The notes beneath the pieces were generated by a model. That model did not search any database. It was not told the DNA's origin and worked only from the letters and a program-made list of their open reading frames with translations. Source: a virus. Taken from it: a DNA stretch of 64,000 bases. The translations under genes were made by a program, and so were the position numbers. Positions 1 through 8,731 of the stretch are shown in pieces; position 1 is the first letter of the stretch; every line of letters starts with the position of its first letter. The DNA lies in IMG/VR virus record IMGVR_UViG_3300026493_000016, positions 64,001 through 128,000 of that record. One strand, given 5' to 3'.

Positions 1-74
1 GACATAAACGCGATACTCATAAGACTGATATAGATAATGGATAACGCTGTAGTGATATTCTTTAATAGTTTCAT
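1..74 (-). CDS. small hydrophobic protein (partial, runs off window)
   Basis: ATG at 72-74 after AAAGGGGA SD; MKLLKNITTALSIIYISLMSIAFM...; not in ORF track. Confidence 0.45.
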   Translation of the reverse strand, partial: MKLLKNITTALSIIYISLMSIAFM

Positions 75-77
75 AAT

Positions 78-200
78 TTATCCCCTTTTAAACATAATGT
101 ATGCAAATGCTACTAACAAACACCACACTAACGGAGGTCCTAGTAGAACTACCGCTAGTACACCTAACCAGAAATCCGGAATAGTGAAACTAATGTCCAT
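78..200 (-). CDS. 40-aa membrane microprotein
   Basis: MDISFTIPDFWLGVLAVVLLGPPLVWCLLVAFAYIMFKRG; GGAGG SD; TAATG overlap with upstream gene. Confidence 0.55.
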   Translation of the reverse strand: MDISFTIPDFWLGVLAVVLLGPPLVWCLLVAFAYIMFKRG

Positions 201-373
201 TACTTATCCTCCCCGAACGCTTTATTTACTGCGAAGCGGAGACCGATTAATTCACACATCCTATCATCGGTATGACCGTGTTCTTCTTGTACATTGTCCC
301 AGAATTCGAAGTACTCTTCCTTAGTTGCGTTCTCACTTAACCAAATTAGCTTGTCCGCTTGCGCTGGTGTCAT
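200..373 (-). CDS. 57-aa hypothetical protein
   Basis: MTPAQADKLIWLSENATKEEYFEFWD...; AAGGAGG SD; coupled start/stop. Confidence 0.6.
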   Translation of the reverse strand: MTPAQADKLIWLSENATKEEYFEFWDNVQEEHGHTDDRMCELIGLRFAVNKAFGEDK

Positions 374-582
374 TAGTTCTCCTCCTTAATCTCTGCTCGT
401 AAGAACCACTTCATGTCCGATACGGCTTGTTCGACTTTGTCTAGTTCACCTAGCATACGTTGTACATCCTGTTCTGTATATAGTTGTACTTCCGCCTTAG
501 CTAGTGCACTGTCAATCTTACTAATCTTCCCTTGAATAAAATCCTGCATTGCCGCTTTCTCCTCTTTCGTATACTTACTCAT
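373..582 (-). CDS. hypothetical coiled-coil protein
   Basis: ORF track, AAGGAGG SD. Confidence 0.7.
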   Translation of the reverse strand: MSKYTKEEKAAMQDFIQGKISKIDSALAKAEVQLYTEQDVQRMLGELDKVEQAVSDMKWFLRAEIKEEN

Positions 583-683
583 TATTTACCCTCCTTAGCG
601 TTATAGATTAACTCAGTAATCTCAGCAACAGTATTCTCTGTTTGAATGTACATTATGCCACCACCCTTCAATAATCTAGTGAG

Positions 684-866
684 CTACTTACTCTCTTTGT
701 GTTTCTTAACTTTTAGAGCCACATAAGCCCCGATACCACCTAACAATACGTAGAATAGTAGAGTTGAAATGGATGGGAATAGCTGGATGATAATATTAGC
801 GACGGTTAACCCTCCTATAATAGCAAGAACACCTACAATAGCTTCCTTAACCTTGTCCGGTAACAC
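684..866 (-). CDS. small two-TM membrane protein
   Basis: two hydrophobic segments; own promoter and SD. Confidence 0.65.
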   Translation of the reverse strand: MLPDKVKEAIVGVLAIIGGLTVANIIIQLFPSISTLLFYVLLGGIGAYVALKVKKHKESK

Positions 867-896
867 GTTAACTCCTCCTCTCTTTAACTTACTTTT

Positions 897-925
897 ATTC
901 TATCACACACCCTATCAATTTGCAA
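897..925 (-). promoter_or_regulatory. sigma-A-type promoter
   Basis: TTGCAA-17-TAGAAT with TG extension. Confidence 0.7.
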
Positions 926-932
926 GCACTTT

Positions 933-1812
933 TTACATTTTTCCTTCCCTAACTTTTTTAGCCCATGTAGAGATAGTTCCTAGCGGTACACCTGTTAATC
1001 TACTAATTTCTTTGTGTCCGCTGTTTCTAGCTCGCAGTAGCTCGATACACAGGTTTTTATCACCTACTTGTGGTTTTACCCCTCTACTAGACGGTAATGC
1101 TTTATCGCCACCTACCATGCGTCTAAGGTTGCGCAATGCATCTAACTCAATATTCTTTACTGTGTTCTTTGTAACTCGCATTTCACTGGCGATATCAATC
1201 TGCTGTTCGTTATCAAAGTACAGTTTAGAGATAATGTACTTCTCTTTAGAAGGGAGTCTATTAATCAAATCTCGAAGTGCAACTCTATCGTCTACGGGCA
1301 TCTCATTTGAGGTGATAATATCTCCCAGCGTAACTGTATCCGAATTACTATTACTCTTACTCGTCTTAATTTCACGGTCAATATGCATTGGTTCGAATGC
1401 AGGTAACCACGCCATCGCATCTTGTAATTCTTCTATAGAACAATCTAACTCTACCATTAATTCTAGATTTGTCAGATTTGATATCTCCATCTTACGTAAC
1501 TTTAGTACGATAGGCTCTAGTCTGACAGGTATTTTAAATCCTTTTGTGTCTCTCATAAAGTTTTTTTAGTACGCCTTTCATAGACGTTGTTAGATACGTA
1601 ACTAGTTCGAATCCTCTGTTTACATCAAAGGCTTGTACTACTTTAAAGAAGCATTGTGATAGTTCTTGGTACGCGTCATCCTGACTATTCTGGTTTACTT
1701 TATGCTTGTTAATCAGTGACCACATTAGTCCATTGTACTTAATAAACAATACCTCCATTGCATCTTCGTCTCCACCTTGTGCTCGTAAAATTAGTTCTTT
1801 GTTTTTAATCAT
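933..1812 (-). pseudogene. SigF/SigG/SigB-like (sporulation-type) sigma factor split by a 1-nt frameshift; extra C-terminal HTH
   Basis: 5' ORF from ATG 1812 (SD GAGGGGGAG): region 2 ELILRAQGGDEDAMEVL...FDVNRGFELVTY; 3' ORF 933-1556: regions 3-4 LRDLINRLPSKEKYII..LYFDNEQQIDIASEMRVTKNTVKNIELDAL; removing one A from the A7 run (T7 at 1561-1567) fuses them as KGVLKNFMRD, 292 aa. Confidence 0.85.
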
Positions 1813-1843
1813 CTGTAACTCCCCCTCGATAACTGATAAGTTA

Positions 1844-1872
1844 ATAGTATCATAGAGCTCAACAAATTGCAA
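1844..1872 (-). promoter_or_regulatory. sigma-A-type promoter of the SigF-like gene
   Basis: TTGCAA-17-TACTAT, TG extension. Confidence 0.65.
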
Positions 1873-1883
1873 CATATTTTTAC

Positions 1884-1910
1884 AAAAAAAAAAAGAGGCG
1901 TTAGCCCCTT
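1884..1910 (-). terminator. intrinsic terminator
   Basis: AGGGGC-TAAC-GCCTCT followed by long U run. Confidence 0.75.
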
Positions 1911-2541
1911 AATTTTGTTTTACTGTGAAGCGAGTGCTCCCTCCATGATAAATTTTAGCGGATTCGATTCGTTCTTTAATGTCCGCTGACATATTGCTCT
2001 CTTTCATTAGAGCACGTAACTTAGTAGCGTCAATTTTTAGTGCAACTACTTTATTGAAATTGTGAGTAGCAAGAATGTCTCTAACAGCCTTCATGTCGTA
2101 CGTCGTGAAGTTGTTTGTTGAACCTGTCTTCTCTGTATGTGACAATTTAGCCTCAAATCCGTCAATACCCATTACGTTATTCAAGTTGTGCAGTTCCATA
2201 AAGTTCTGGATACGTTTTTTAATCTTATCTTTCTTTGTTTTAGCTGCTGACTCCTCTTTTGCCGCCAAGCTGTAATCTTTAATAGCTTTTTGGATGTCCA
2301 TAGGTACCTTAACTTCATCACTTTTAAACACCGCATGCTTGTCCGTTACGTCAACCCATCCAGAAGTTACGAACTGACGTACAACGTCTTCCATTGTGAA
2401 TTCCTCATTATACACATTTGTTGTAGGCTCTTTAGTTGGGTGATTTACATCGATTGTTACCGTTACTGCTCCGTCACGGTTAACCTCCACAAACACTACC
2501 TCACCAGTTGCAATATTCTTTAACATTGTTTTTTTATTCAT
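1909..2541 (-). CDS. hypothetical protein (C-terminal half weakly Gam/Gp157-like coiled coil plus beta)
   Basis: ORF with SD; fold is a guess. Confidence 0.7.
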   Translation of the reverse strand: MNKKTMLKNIATGEVVFVEVNRDGAVTVTIDVNHPTKEPTTNVYNEEFTMEDVVRQFVTSGWVDVTDKHAVFKSDEVKVPMDIQKAIKDYSLAAKEESAAKTKKDKIKKRIQNFMELHNLNNVMGIDGFEAKLSHTEKTGSTNNFTTYDMKAVRDILATHNFNKVVALKIDATKLRALMKESNMSADIKERIESAKIYHGGSTRFTVKQN

Positions 2542-2764
2542 ATTTTTTTCCTCCTAATAGTCCATTTTTAACTTCCACTAACAAGTTGATAGCTAAATCA
2601 TACTTATAGATAGCCACCTCTGCCCATGCATAATTCTTAGCCACACGCGATAGGTACTCCGCGTTTCTATCCCCACCCTTTTGATTATCCAGCATATCCT
2701 TTCTTCGTTTGTTCTTAGCTTTCATTTCTGATAACTCATAGTGTAAGTGGTCTAGCGCGCTCAT
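2534..2764 (-). CDS. helical-hairpin hypothetical protein, paralog of 2766-2960
   Basis: LHYELSEMK..KRRKDML...YDLAINLL. Confidence 0.65.
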   Translation of the reverse strand: MSALDHLHYELSEMKAKNKRRKDMLDNQKGGDRNAEYLSRVAKNYAWAEVAIYKYDLAINLLVEVKNGLLGGKKYE

Positions 2765-2765
2765 A

Positions 2766-2960
2766 TTAACTCGCCCCTTTCATAATATTTAACGCTGCCT
2801 CTAAGTCTTGAATCTTCATCTCATCCATAAACAAGCCATTACGAACACTCTGCCGATGTGGGTGGTTGTCCTCTTCTCGGTTCAACCATAATTTACGGTG
2901 CTTGATTAACTGCTTAAGTCGGGTAATCTCCTGCTCTAAAATATATTGTGCGTGTGTCAT
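2766..2960 (-). CDS. helical-hairpin hypothetical protein
   Basis: LEQEITRLK..KHRKLWL...DLEAALNIM. Confidence 0.65.
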   Translation of the reverse strand: MTHAQYILEQEITRLKQLIKHRKLWLNREEDNHPHRQSVRNGLFMDEMKIQDLEAALNIMKGAS

Positions 2961-3676
2961 TTGTATTGCACCACGATGTTACTAACATCCTCTTTAGGTA
3001 CGTAGATATCTACTAATATGTCCTTTCCTTTTAAGATAACCTTACCTGCAATTTTGGTTACATCCGACTCAGTAAGGATAATTCCTGCTTGTAACTCACC
3101 AGATGCTTTCATAGCATTTAGTTTGTCAATTACCTCTTGAGCTGTCTTATTATCTACTTTAGCTACGATTGGTTTACCTGAGTAGGTTACACCACCAGAA
3201 GCCATAGGGTCGTACCCTTCATCAACAACACCGATAGATTTATTTCTTTTAGCGTTAGGGGCAATACCTTTCTCTGAGCGACGAACGACCGCTCTTTCAT
3301 CTAATATATCATACACCGTCTGGTAGTTAACTCCAAACTTCTTAGCGATATCGAGTACAGGTTTACCTACAATGTACAAGTCTGTGATACATTTCTTTTG
3401 GTAATCACTAAGCTCTAGTATACGTTGTGCTGATTCTCGTTTGTAAGGTCTGCGACGCTTTTCAATACCGTTACGACGTAATATACGGTAAACCTTTCCG
3501 GCAGAAAGTTTATGTTCATTCATAATTTTTGTTACATTTTCACCTTCAACATATTTCTTGATAACCGATTCCTCTAACTCTATTGTTAAAGCTTCCTCTG
3601 AACCCCAAGATGCTGTAACAGCACCTTGAATTAACGTTTCTTTCTTAACGTCGTTCTCCATATCAATTACTGCCAT
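2957..3676 (-). CDS. tandem HTH DNA-binding protein
   Basis: two repeats YVEGENVTKIMNEHKLSAGKVYRILRR / YIVGKPVLDIAKKFGVNYQTVYDILDE. Confidence 0.75.
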   Translation of the reverse strand: MAVIDMENDVKKETLIQGAVTASWGSEEALTIELEESVIKKYVEGENVTKIMNEHKLSAGKVYRILRRNGIEKRRRPYKRESAQRILELSDYQKKCITDLYIVGKPVLDIAKKFGVNYQTVYDILDERAVVRRSEKGIAPNAKRNKSIGVVDEGYDPMASGGVTYSGKPIVAKVDNKTAQEVIDKLNAMKASGELQAGIILTESDVTKIAGKVILKGKDILVDIYVPKEDVSNIVVQYK

Positions 3677-3707
3677 TTCTTTCTCCCCCTATTTTATCTA
3701 TGATAAT

Positions 3708-3736
3708 ATGTTAACACGAAATCTATAGTTTGTCAA
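3708..3736 (-). promoter_or_regulatory. sigma-A-type promoter
   Basis: TTGACA-17-TAACAT with TG. Confidence 0.7.
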
Positions 3737-4088
3737 TAGCATTACTCCACGAAATAGTTAATCTGCTCATGTATTGTCTATCACCATCATTAGCATATGC
3801 AGGTGTCACTGTGTAACCCGCTTTTCTAAAACGACGTGTTAGAATCATGTAATGCTGGAAGTTATCAAACATAACTCTAGATACTAGATTCCCTTCGTTC
3901 TTAGTAAAGACTACACTAAATTCACCTTTACTAACAGCTTCCTCGATACTACCTAAAAGATAGTTAACTAGAGAAGCTTCAGTTACGTTATTCCTTTTTA
4001 GTATTTCCAATACCGACCTGTTACGCATGGTATACGCACTCTCTAATCTCCTAACTTGTTCCGGTATTTCTATGCTTCTATTAGTCAT
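3723..4088 (-). CDS. hypothetical protein, paralog family A
   Basis: IEEAVSKG...FRKAGY...ISW pattern shared with 4868 and 13457. Confidence 0.7.
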   Translation of the reverse strand: MTNRSIEIPEQVRRLESAYTMRNRSVLEILKRNNVTEASLVNYLLGSIEEAVSKGEFSVVFTKNEGNLVSRVMFDNFQHYMILTRRFRKAGYTVTPAYANDGDRQYMSRLTISWSNAIDKL

Positions 4089-4365
4089 TGTCTAACTCCC
4101 CCGTTCCATTACAAGTTTCACAATCCCAGAATGCATCATCTCCGCGGTCTAGACAAACGCCTTTCCCGTCACAGTTCCAACATGTACGTACAGGTATAAC
4201 CTTCTCAACTTTAACTTCCCAATCTTCCAGAGCAGACTCCAAATCTAGCTCTCTCATCATCTCGTTAACATCGTCATCAATCATTTCCTCGATTGATTCT
4301 GGTAACTCATCATCCATAGTTTTAAATTTTAACTTAACTGTAAAGGTTACTTCGCGCTCTCTCAT
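4081..4365 (-). CDS. protein with DnaJ-type zinc finger
   Basis: CWNCDGKG...CETCNGTG. Confidence 0.7.
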   Translation of the reverse strand: MREREVTFTVKLKFKTMDDELPESIEEMIDDDVNEMMRELDLESALEDWEVKVEKVIPVRTCWNCDGKGVCLDRGDDAFWDCETCNGTGELDND

Positions 4366-4868
4366 TATTCTGCTCCTCTCAATTCATTCTCTTCGTAGGC
4401 ATAGTTATCTTCCCTAGACAAGTTATAAAGATAGTGACCTTTCTTGTTAGGGTCTAGACTACGATAAACATCTGTAACAAACGCTGTATCGTATTTGCTA
4501 TTTTCTAGAGACTCGTAGTATACTACATCACCAACTTGAAACTTATTCGTCTCCTTCAGTTCTGTAATATCATAAACTTGCATCACAGGTAGTAGAGATA
4601 AATCGTTTATACCAATATTATATATCACCCAGAACGCATCGTCAATAGAAGATTTCATAGTATCATAACTAATCATAGAGACTCTCTGACCTTTAACTGT
4701 GCTGAGCTTAACCATTACATCCCTATTAGAGAATTGTTCGAATCCTCTAATAAACAATACATCCCCATTAACTAGCGCATCTAGTTTATCTTCTAGTGTT
4801 GTAAGCAACTCAAAACTCATAATCTCCCACGCTGTGTCAAAACCAATATCATTAAAATCAACTGCCAT
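4365..4868 (-). CDS. hypothetical protein (C-terminal SH3-like, FQVGDVV)
   Basis: ORF with coupled start. Confidence 0.7.
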   Translation of the reverse strand: MAVDFNDIGFDTAWEIMSFELLTTLEDKLDALVNGDVLFIRGFEQFSNRDVMVKLSTVKGQRVSMISYDTMKSSIDDAFWVIYNIGINDLSLLPVMQVYDITELKETNKFQVGDVVYYESLENSKYDTAFVTDVYRSLDPNKKGHYLYNLSREDNYAYEENELRGAE

Positions 4869-5236
4869 TACTTGTCATCTCCCTTTTCTAATGTAATCTT
4901 TTCCCATGATACTAATATATGAGGAGGTGTATCCATACCACCAACTAACTTAGACTCCAGTGCCGGAGTATATTTCATTGAGTACCCCTTATTCTCAAAC
5001 TCTTTAATAATATAATTAAATTCGTCGTACCTGTTGAATAGTGTGAATACCGGAGATAAAACATCGTATTTATCTGCACTTAATAAACATGCTGTATTTC
5101 CGCGTTTGGCTGATTCATCTATCTCCTTTACAATTGATTCCCTAATATCTTTTGCTATACCCGTATCTATTACAGTTCTGTGCAACGTTGATACGGTTCT
5201 CATTGCGTTTGCATGAGGGATGTCTGCGTACATCAT
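4868..5236 (-). CDS. hypothetical protein, paralog family A
   Basis: IDESAKRG...FENKGY...VSW. Confidence 0.7.
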   Translation of the reverse strand: MMYADIPHANAMRTVSTLHRTVIDTGIAKDIRESIVKEIDESAKRGNTACLLSADKYDVLSPVFTLFNRYDEFNYIIKEFENKGYSMKYTPALESKLVGGMDTPPHILVSWEKITLEKGDDK

Positions 5237-5466
5237 ACTAACTCCTCCAACTCCTCTAATACAGTTACTTTACTCCAGTCACCTGCACTATGGTATTTAT
5301 CTTTCAAAATACTAACCTCATCTAAGAACTCGCTGTACGTAGCTCCATCTGAGTAGCACCAGTCTAACACACCTTTCAATTCTAGTAGAACACTCGTCTT
5401 GCTCCAATCGCCATACTCGGCATACTTATCGTACACCTTATTAATATCATCTTTAAAGTTAATCAT
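5233..5466 (-). CDS. small protein with internal duplication (DKYxxxGDWSKxxVLxEL x2)
   Basis: DKYAEYGDWSKTSVLLEL / DKYHSAGDWSKVTVLEEL; start moved to ATG 5466 (SD AAAGGGG). Confidence 0.65.
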   Translation of the reverse strand: MINFKDDINKVYDKYAEYGDWSKTSVLLELKGVLDWCYSDGATYSEFLDEVSILKDKYHSAGDWSKVTVLEELEELV

Positions 5467-5654
5467 TCTTGTACACCCCTTTAAAATATCTGAACACAAG
5501 TGCTGATACTGCGAAAGATAAGGTAATGACCGCGTTCGTTACTGTTGTCTCTTTAAAAGAAACACCTAAGGAAATCGCACCCATAAACACCGCTGCTGAC
5601 TCTAGTTCTCTAAAAATCTTGTATTTCAATTTATCTCCTCCTTAACTTACTTAT

Positions 5655-5693
5655 ATCTTAACATAGAAAAAGAGCCCCGTCAAGGACTCTTTT
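5655..5693 (-). promoter_or_regulatory. sigma-A promoter whose -35 box is the loop of an intrinsic terminator
   Basis: AAAAGAGTCC-TTGACG-GGGCTCTTTTT; TTGACG-17-TAAGAT. Confidence 0.75.
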
Positions 5694-5707
5694 AAAAGTT
5701 TTTTCTA

Positions 5708-6403
5708 TTAAATACCGAATGCTTGCATTGCATCTTTAACTCTTCTATCTTCTTCCGTTAAGTCTAAGTTCTCGTAGAATGACTTCTCTGCTAACTCTAG
5801 GTCTGCGAATAAAGCATCATGATGTTCTTCCGGAACGTACTTCATAACCACTTCAGTTAATGCTGATTCCTTTGCTCTTACTTTAATAGACATTTCTTTT
5901 AATGCTGAGATTGATAGACCGCCTAAAGCGTTGTTTGTAATCTTAGCTTTAACTTCCATAGCTTTGATTGCTAGAGGGATATCGATAATATCAAACTCTT
6001 GTAATCCTACAAATGCTTTAGCGATAACTGTATCTAAGAACTCTACATCATTGAATACGTTGTTCACTTTATCAACTGCACCGAAAGGCATTGCTGCTGC
6101 CTGTGATTCTTCATTAAACTCTTGTACTCTCTTATCATTAATATATGTTACATTGTCACGCTGCCTTTTGTCAAGTAAAGAGATTAATGGGACACCTTCT
6201 GTAATAGCTTCTTCACGCTTCTTCTTATAGTTTGTTAGAGAAGATTTACTGATAGAGAATCCTTGGTCCTCACAGAAAGCAATAATGTAGTCATAGGTTC
6301 TACCATCGTCTAGCATATTATCAACCTTAGTTACTAGTTTCTTATTATTATACAGTTGCACCAATACTGAACTTGCTTGTAAATTCTTTTTATCTTTAGT
6401 CAT
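5708..6403 (-). CDS. conserved Herelleviridae-type protein; N-terminal HTH resembling DUF3486/Mu gp27 (possible terminase small subunit)
   Basis: VDNMLDDGRTYDYIIAFCEDQGFSISKSSLTNYKKKR; late-type promoter upstream. Confidence 0.6.
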   Translation of the reverse strand: MTKDKKNLQASSVLVQLYNNKKLVTKVDNMLDDGRTYDYIIAFCEDQGFSISKSSLTNYKKKREEAITEGVPLISLLDKRQRDNVTYINDKRVQEFNEESQAAAMPFGAVDKVNNVFNDVEFLDTVIAKAFVGLQEFDIIDIPLAIKAMEVKAKITNNALGGLSISALKEMSIKVRAKESALTEVVMKYVPEEHHDALFADLELAEKSFYENLDLTEEDRRVKDAMQAFGI

Positions 6404-6505
6404 CTTAATAGTCTCCTTCTGACCTTAATGGTCTACGTTTTTAGAATATCTTGCATGAATTATATACCTTGAGAATGCTGTCATTACAGCTGTCTTGGCT
6501 TCTAC

Positions 6506-6518
6506 ATCTAATATAGCA
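6506..6518 (-). promoter_or_regulatory. putative late promoter (-10 only)
   Basis: TGCTATATTAGAT with no sigma-A -35; identical 12-mer upstream of the holin. Confidence 0.55.
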
Positions 6519-6666
6519 GATAGGTTACCCTGTTTGGAACGTAAACGTAAATTCATTAAAAAGAACCACTACTTTGTTATGTATTTTAGGGAACTACTAT
6601 GTTTACGATATTGAACAAAATACAGGTCGTACAAGATAATCGTAAACAGAGCAAACAAGACAAAAT

Positions 6667-6697
6667 AAAAAGCCCCACTATATAGTGAGACTTTTTT
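6667..6697. terminator. hairpin with flanking A/T runs, probable terminator
   Basis: AAAAAGCCCCACTA-TA-TAGTGAGACTTTTTT. Confidence 0.55.
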
Positions 6698-6700
6698 AAC

Positions 6701-6910
6701 CTAAAACTTCCTAGTTTTAACAGAATTTAATAACTTTTTCCATAAGTCATAGTTAATATGTGTAGCTGTATGAATTACAAGACCGCCAGATAATAGTCCG
6801 AAGAACCCAATACATCCACCAATCCAGATACTAGTATTATCGTATCCATCTCGACTAAACGGGTTTATACTAATCATGTTAACCTCGCCCCCATCTTCAG
6901 CATACGACAA
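6701..6910 (-). CDS. small membrane protein (start uncertain)
   Basis: hydrophobic IWIGGCIGFFGLLSGGLVI. Confidence 0.5.
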   Translation of the reverse strand: MSYAEDGGEVNMISINPFSRDGYDNTSIWIGGCIGFFGLLSGGLVIHTATHINYDLWKKLLNSVKTRKF

Positions 6911-7137
6911 TCTAGGTCAGTAGTCTTACGTTCAGCATCTGCGATACGTCTAACCATCTCTAGTTGTTCTTTCTCCTCATTTAACTGTTGTAAGATAGAG
7001 CTAAGGTACAACATCTGGTCACTATTCTCTTGCATTTTAGCTGATAGAGTTGACTGTTCTCTGGATTTTGCACTAAGTCTCAAAATAGTTTTGGTTATCT
7101 CTTGATTCAAATTATCTAGAGTCTCTTTGATTTCCAT
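6874..7137 (-). CDS. coiled-coil hypothetical protein
   Basis: ORF track. Confidence 0.6.
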   Translation of the reverse strand: MEIKETLDNLNQEITKTILRLSAKSREQSTLSAKMQENSDQMLYLSSILQQLNEEKEQLEMVRRIADAERKTTDLDCRMLKMGARLT

Positions 7138-7139
7138 GA

Positions 7140-8003
7140 TTACACCTCGAAATAAAGAGTAATTGACGTATCTAACTCGTCATTATTTAACTCAATGTAC
7201 TTTTCATTTGTAATTCCGTCTGTATCAACGACGATTTTGTTAACACCTTCCAAGAATAACCCTGTAATTGATGCGGTAGAGTCTTCAGATTCAATGTTAT
7301 ACCCCTCGGAACCAACTCGTTTACGAATACTCATCATCTCTGTACGAGGTTCCATCGTAACTAACGTCGTTGGAGTATCAATCATCATACCTGTGAAGGC
7401 TTTTCCTGTAACATTTTTGCTAGATAATAAATCTAAGAACGTTTTGATGTCTTTAATTGTCGGTTCACCTGTAGATAATAGCCCAATAACGCTATTAAAG
7501 TTAGCATCACCGATGATTAATGTGATTTCTTGGTCAATATTTAGCTCATCGATGAACATTGTGTCCTTAATTTTAACCTCGTACACCTTATACTTATTAA
7601 TTGTGTGAGGTTTGATGACCACATTAGGGTTTTCTAGAGAAACAAACATATCAGCTGTGAATAAACTCATGTGATTTGTAATCTTTTCTTCTAAATGAGG
7701 TTTGTCCATTACATCTCCCTCAGAAATGTACCCCATAACATCACCTTTACCAGAAATTTCGAACATGTTTAACGTTAATTCTAATGCTGGGAAGTCGTTA
7801 TAAGGTAGTCGTAAGAAGAACCCAATGTCAATTCTATTACTATCAATCTTAGTTAGCTCTTTAATGTAGAAGCTGCGAGTGATATGGTTCTTAGCAAAGT
7901 AAGCATTTGTGTAATGAATACCTAAAATCTTCATATCACCGTACGTTAAAATTTGTTTAACTCGGTCCAGTTTAGTTGTTTCTGTAATGATTTCGTTTGT
8001 CAT
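7140..8003 (-). CDS. hypothetical protein
   Basis: 287-aa ORF, SD AAGGGGAG. Confidence 0.8.
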   Translation of the reverse strand: MTNEIITETTKLDRVKQILTYGDMKILGIHYTNAYFAKNHITRSFYIKELTKIDSNRIDIGFFLRLPYNDFPALELTLNMFEISGKGDVMGYISEGDVMDKPHLEEKITNHMSLFTADMFVSLENPNVVIKPHTINKYKVYEVKIKDTMFIDELNIDQEITLIIGDANFNSVIGLLSTGEPTIKDIKTFLDLLSSKNVTGKAFTGMMIDTPTTLVTMEPRTEMMSIRKRVGSEGYNIESEDSTASITGLFLEGVNKIVVDTDGITNEKYIELNNDELDTSITLYFEV

Positions 8004-8478
8004 GTGCTATCTCCCCTTTGGTTTTCTTAACGAAGGTATCGTTTCTCGTATAAGCTTTACGTTCTCCAGACTCCTTAAGTACTTTAGTCTTATAAACTAT
8101 CATAATACTGCGTCCTCGGAACGTCCTTTGTACCCTTATACTAACCTTACCAAGTATCGTTGTACCTATTTTAACATAGTATACACTATCAAGGCAAGTT
8201 AAAGTTACAACTTCTCCGTTTCTTTTTGGTACTAGCCTGATAATGTCGATACTAGTTCCGGTATGCTTAGCTACTAACTCTAGTGCATACTTCTCTTTAA
8301 ACTCCACATTACGCTCTGTGACGTTCTTAAACTCTTCAATGAACTCTACACGGTAATTACCGGAACTCTTCTTCAGTACGCCTTGCATAGCGTTACGTCC
8401 GTTGTCATTTAACCCGTTCATCCCACGAGCACCTAATCCGCGGGAATGTGAACGAGAATTAAAACTACTCTTCTTCAA
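7972..8478 (-). CDS. basic hypothetical protein
   Basis: 168-aa ORF overlapping neighbours. Confidence 0.7.
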   Translation of the reverse strand: MKKSSFNSRSHSRGLGARGMNGLNDNGRNAMQGVLKKSSGNYRVEFIEEFKNVTERNVEFKEKYALELVAKHTGTSIDIIRLVPKRNGEVVTLTCLDSVYYVKIGTTILGKVSIRVQRTFRGRSIMIVYKTKVLKESGERKAYTRNDTFVKKTKGEIAHDKRNHYRNN

Positions 8479-8731
8479 TTGACATCATATCCACATAAGT
8501 CTTAATCTCTGCATATCCGAAGTCAGTGTACGATTCAACTAAGGCTACCATTTTGTCGTACTCCTCATCCCAACCAGTAATATCACATAGTATCTGCATA
8601 TGGTGTGCTATATGTGAGTACATCATCATATCTCCTGCAACCTTAGCGATAAATTCACGGGTAAAACCGTGGAACGACAAGTCAACTTTCTTTTTACATG
8701 TGTGACACGCTATAGTATAGTTTGTGCTCAC
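8465..8731 (-). CDS. possible zinc-binding protein
   Basis: CHTC...HIAH. Confidence 0.6.
   Translation of the reverse strand: MSTNYTIACHTCKKKVDLSFHGFTREFIAKVAGDMMMYSHIAHHMQILCDITGWDEEYDKMVALVESYTDFGYAEIKTYVDMMSIEEE

Noticed and set aside
769-1569. 266-aa plus-strand ORF, and all other plus-strand ORFs in the track
   Set aside because: Antisense shadows of minus-strand genes: Ser/Leu/Phe-rich, no SD or promoter, no recognisable motifs
1557-1570. Classical -1 programmed frameshift at A AAA AAA C
   Set aside because: Joining the two sigma halves needs +1 (or -2), not -1; no stimulatory structure evident
6676-6687. CACTATATAGTG as an NrdR box
   Set aside because: Far from nrd genes, single copy, and part of a terminator-like hairpin
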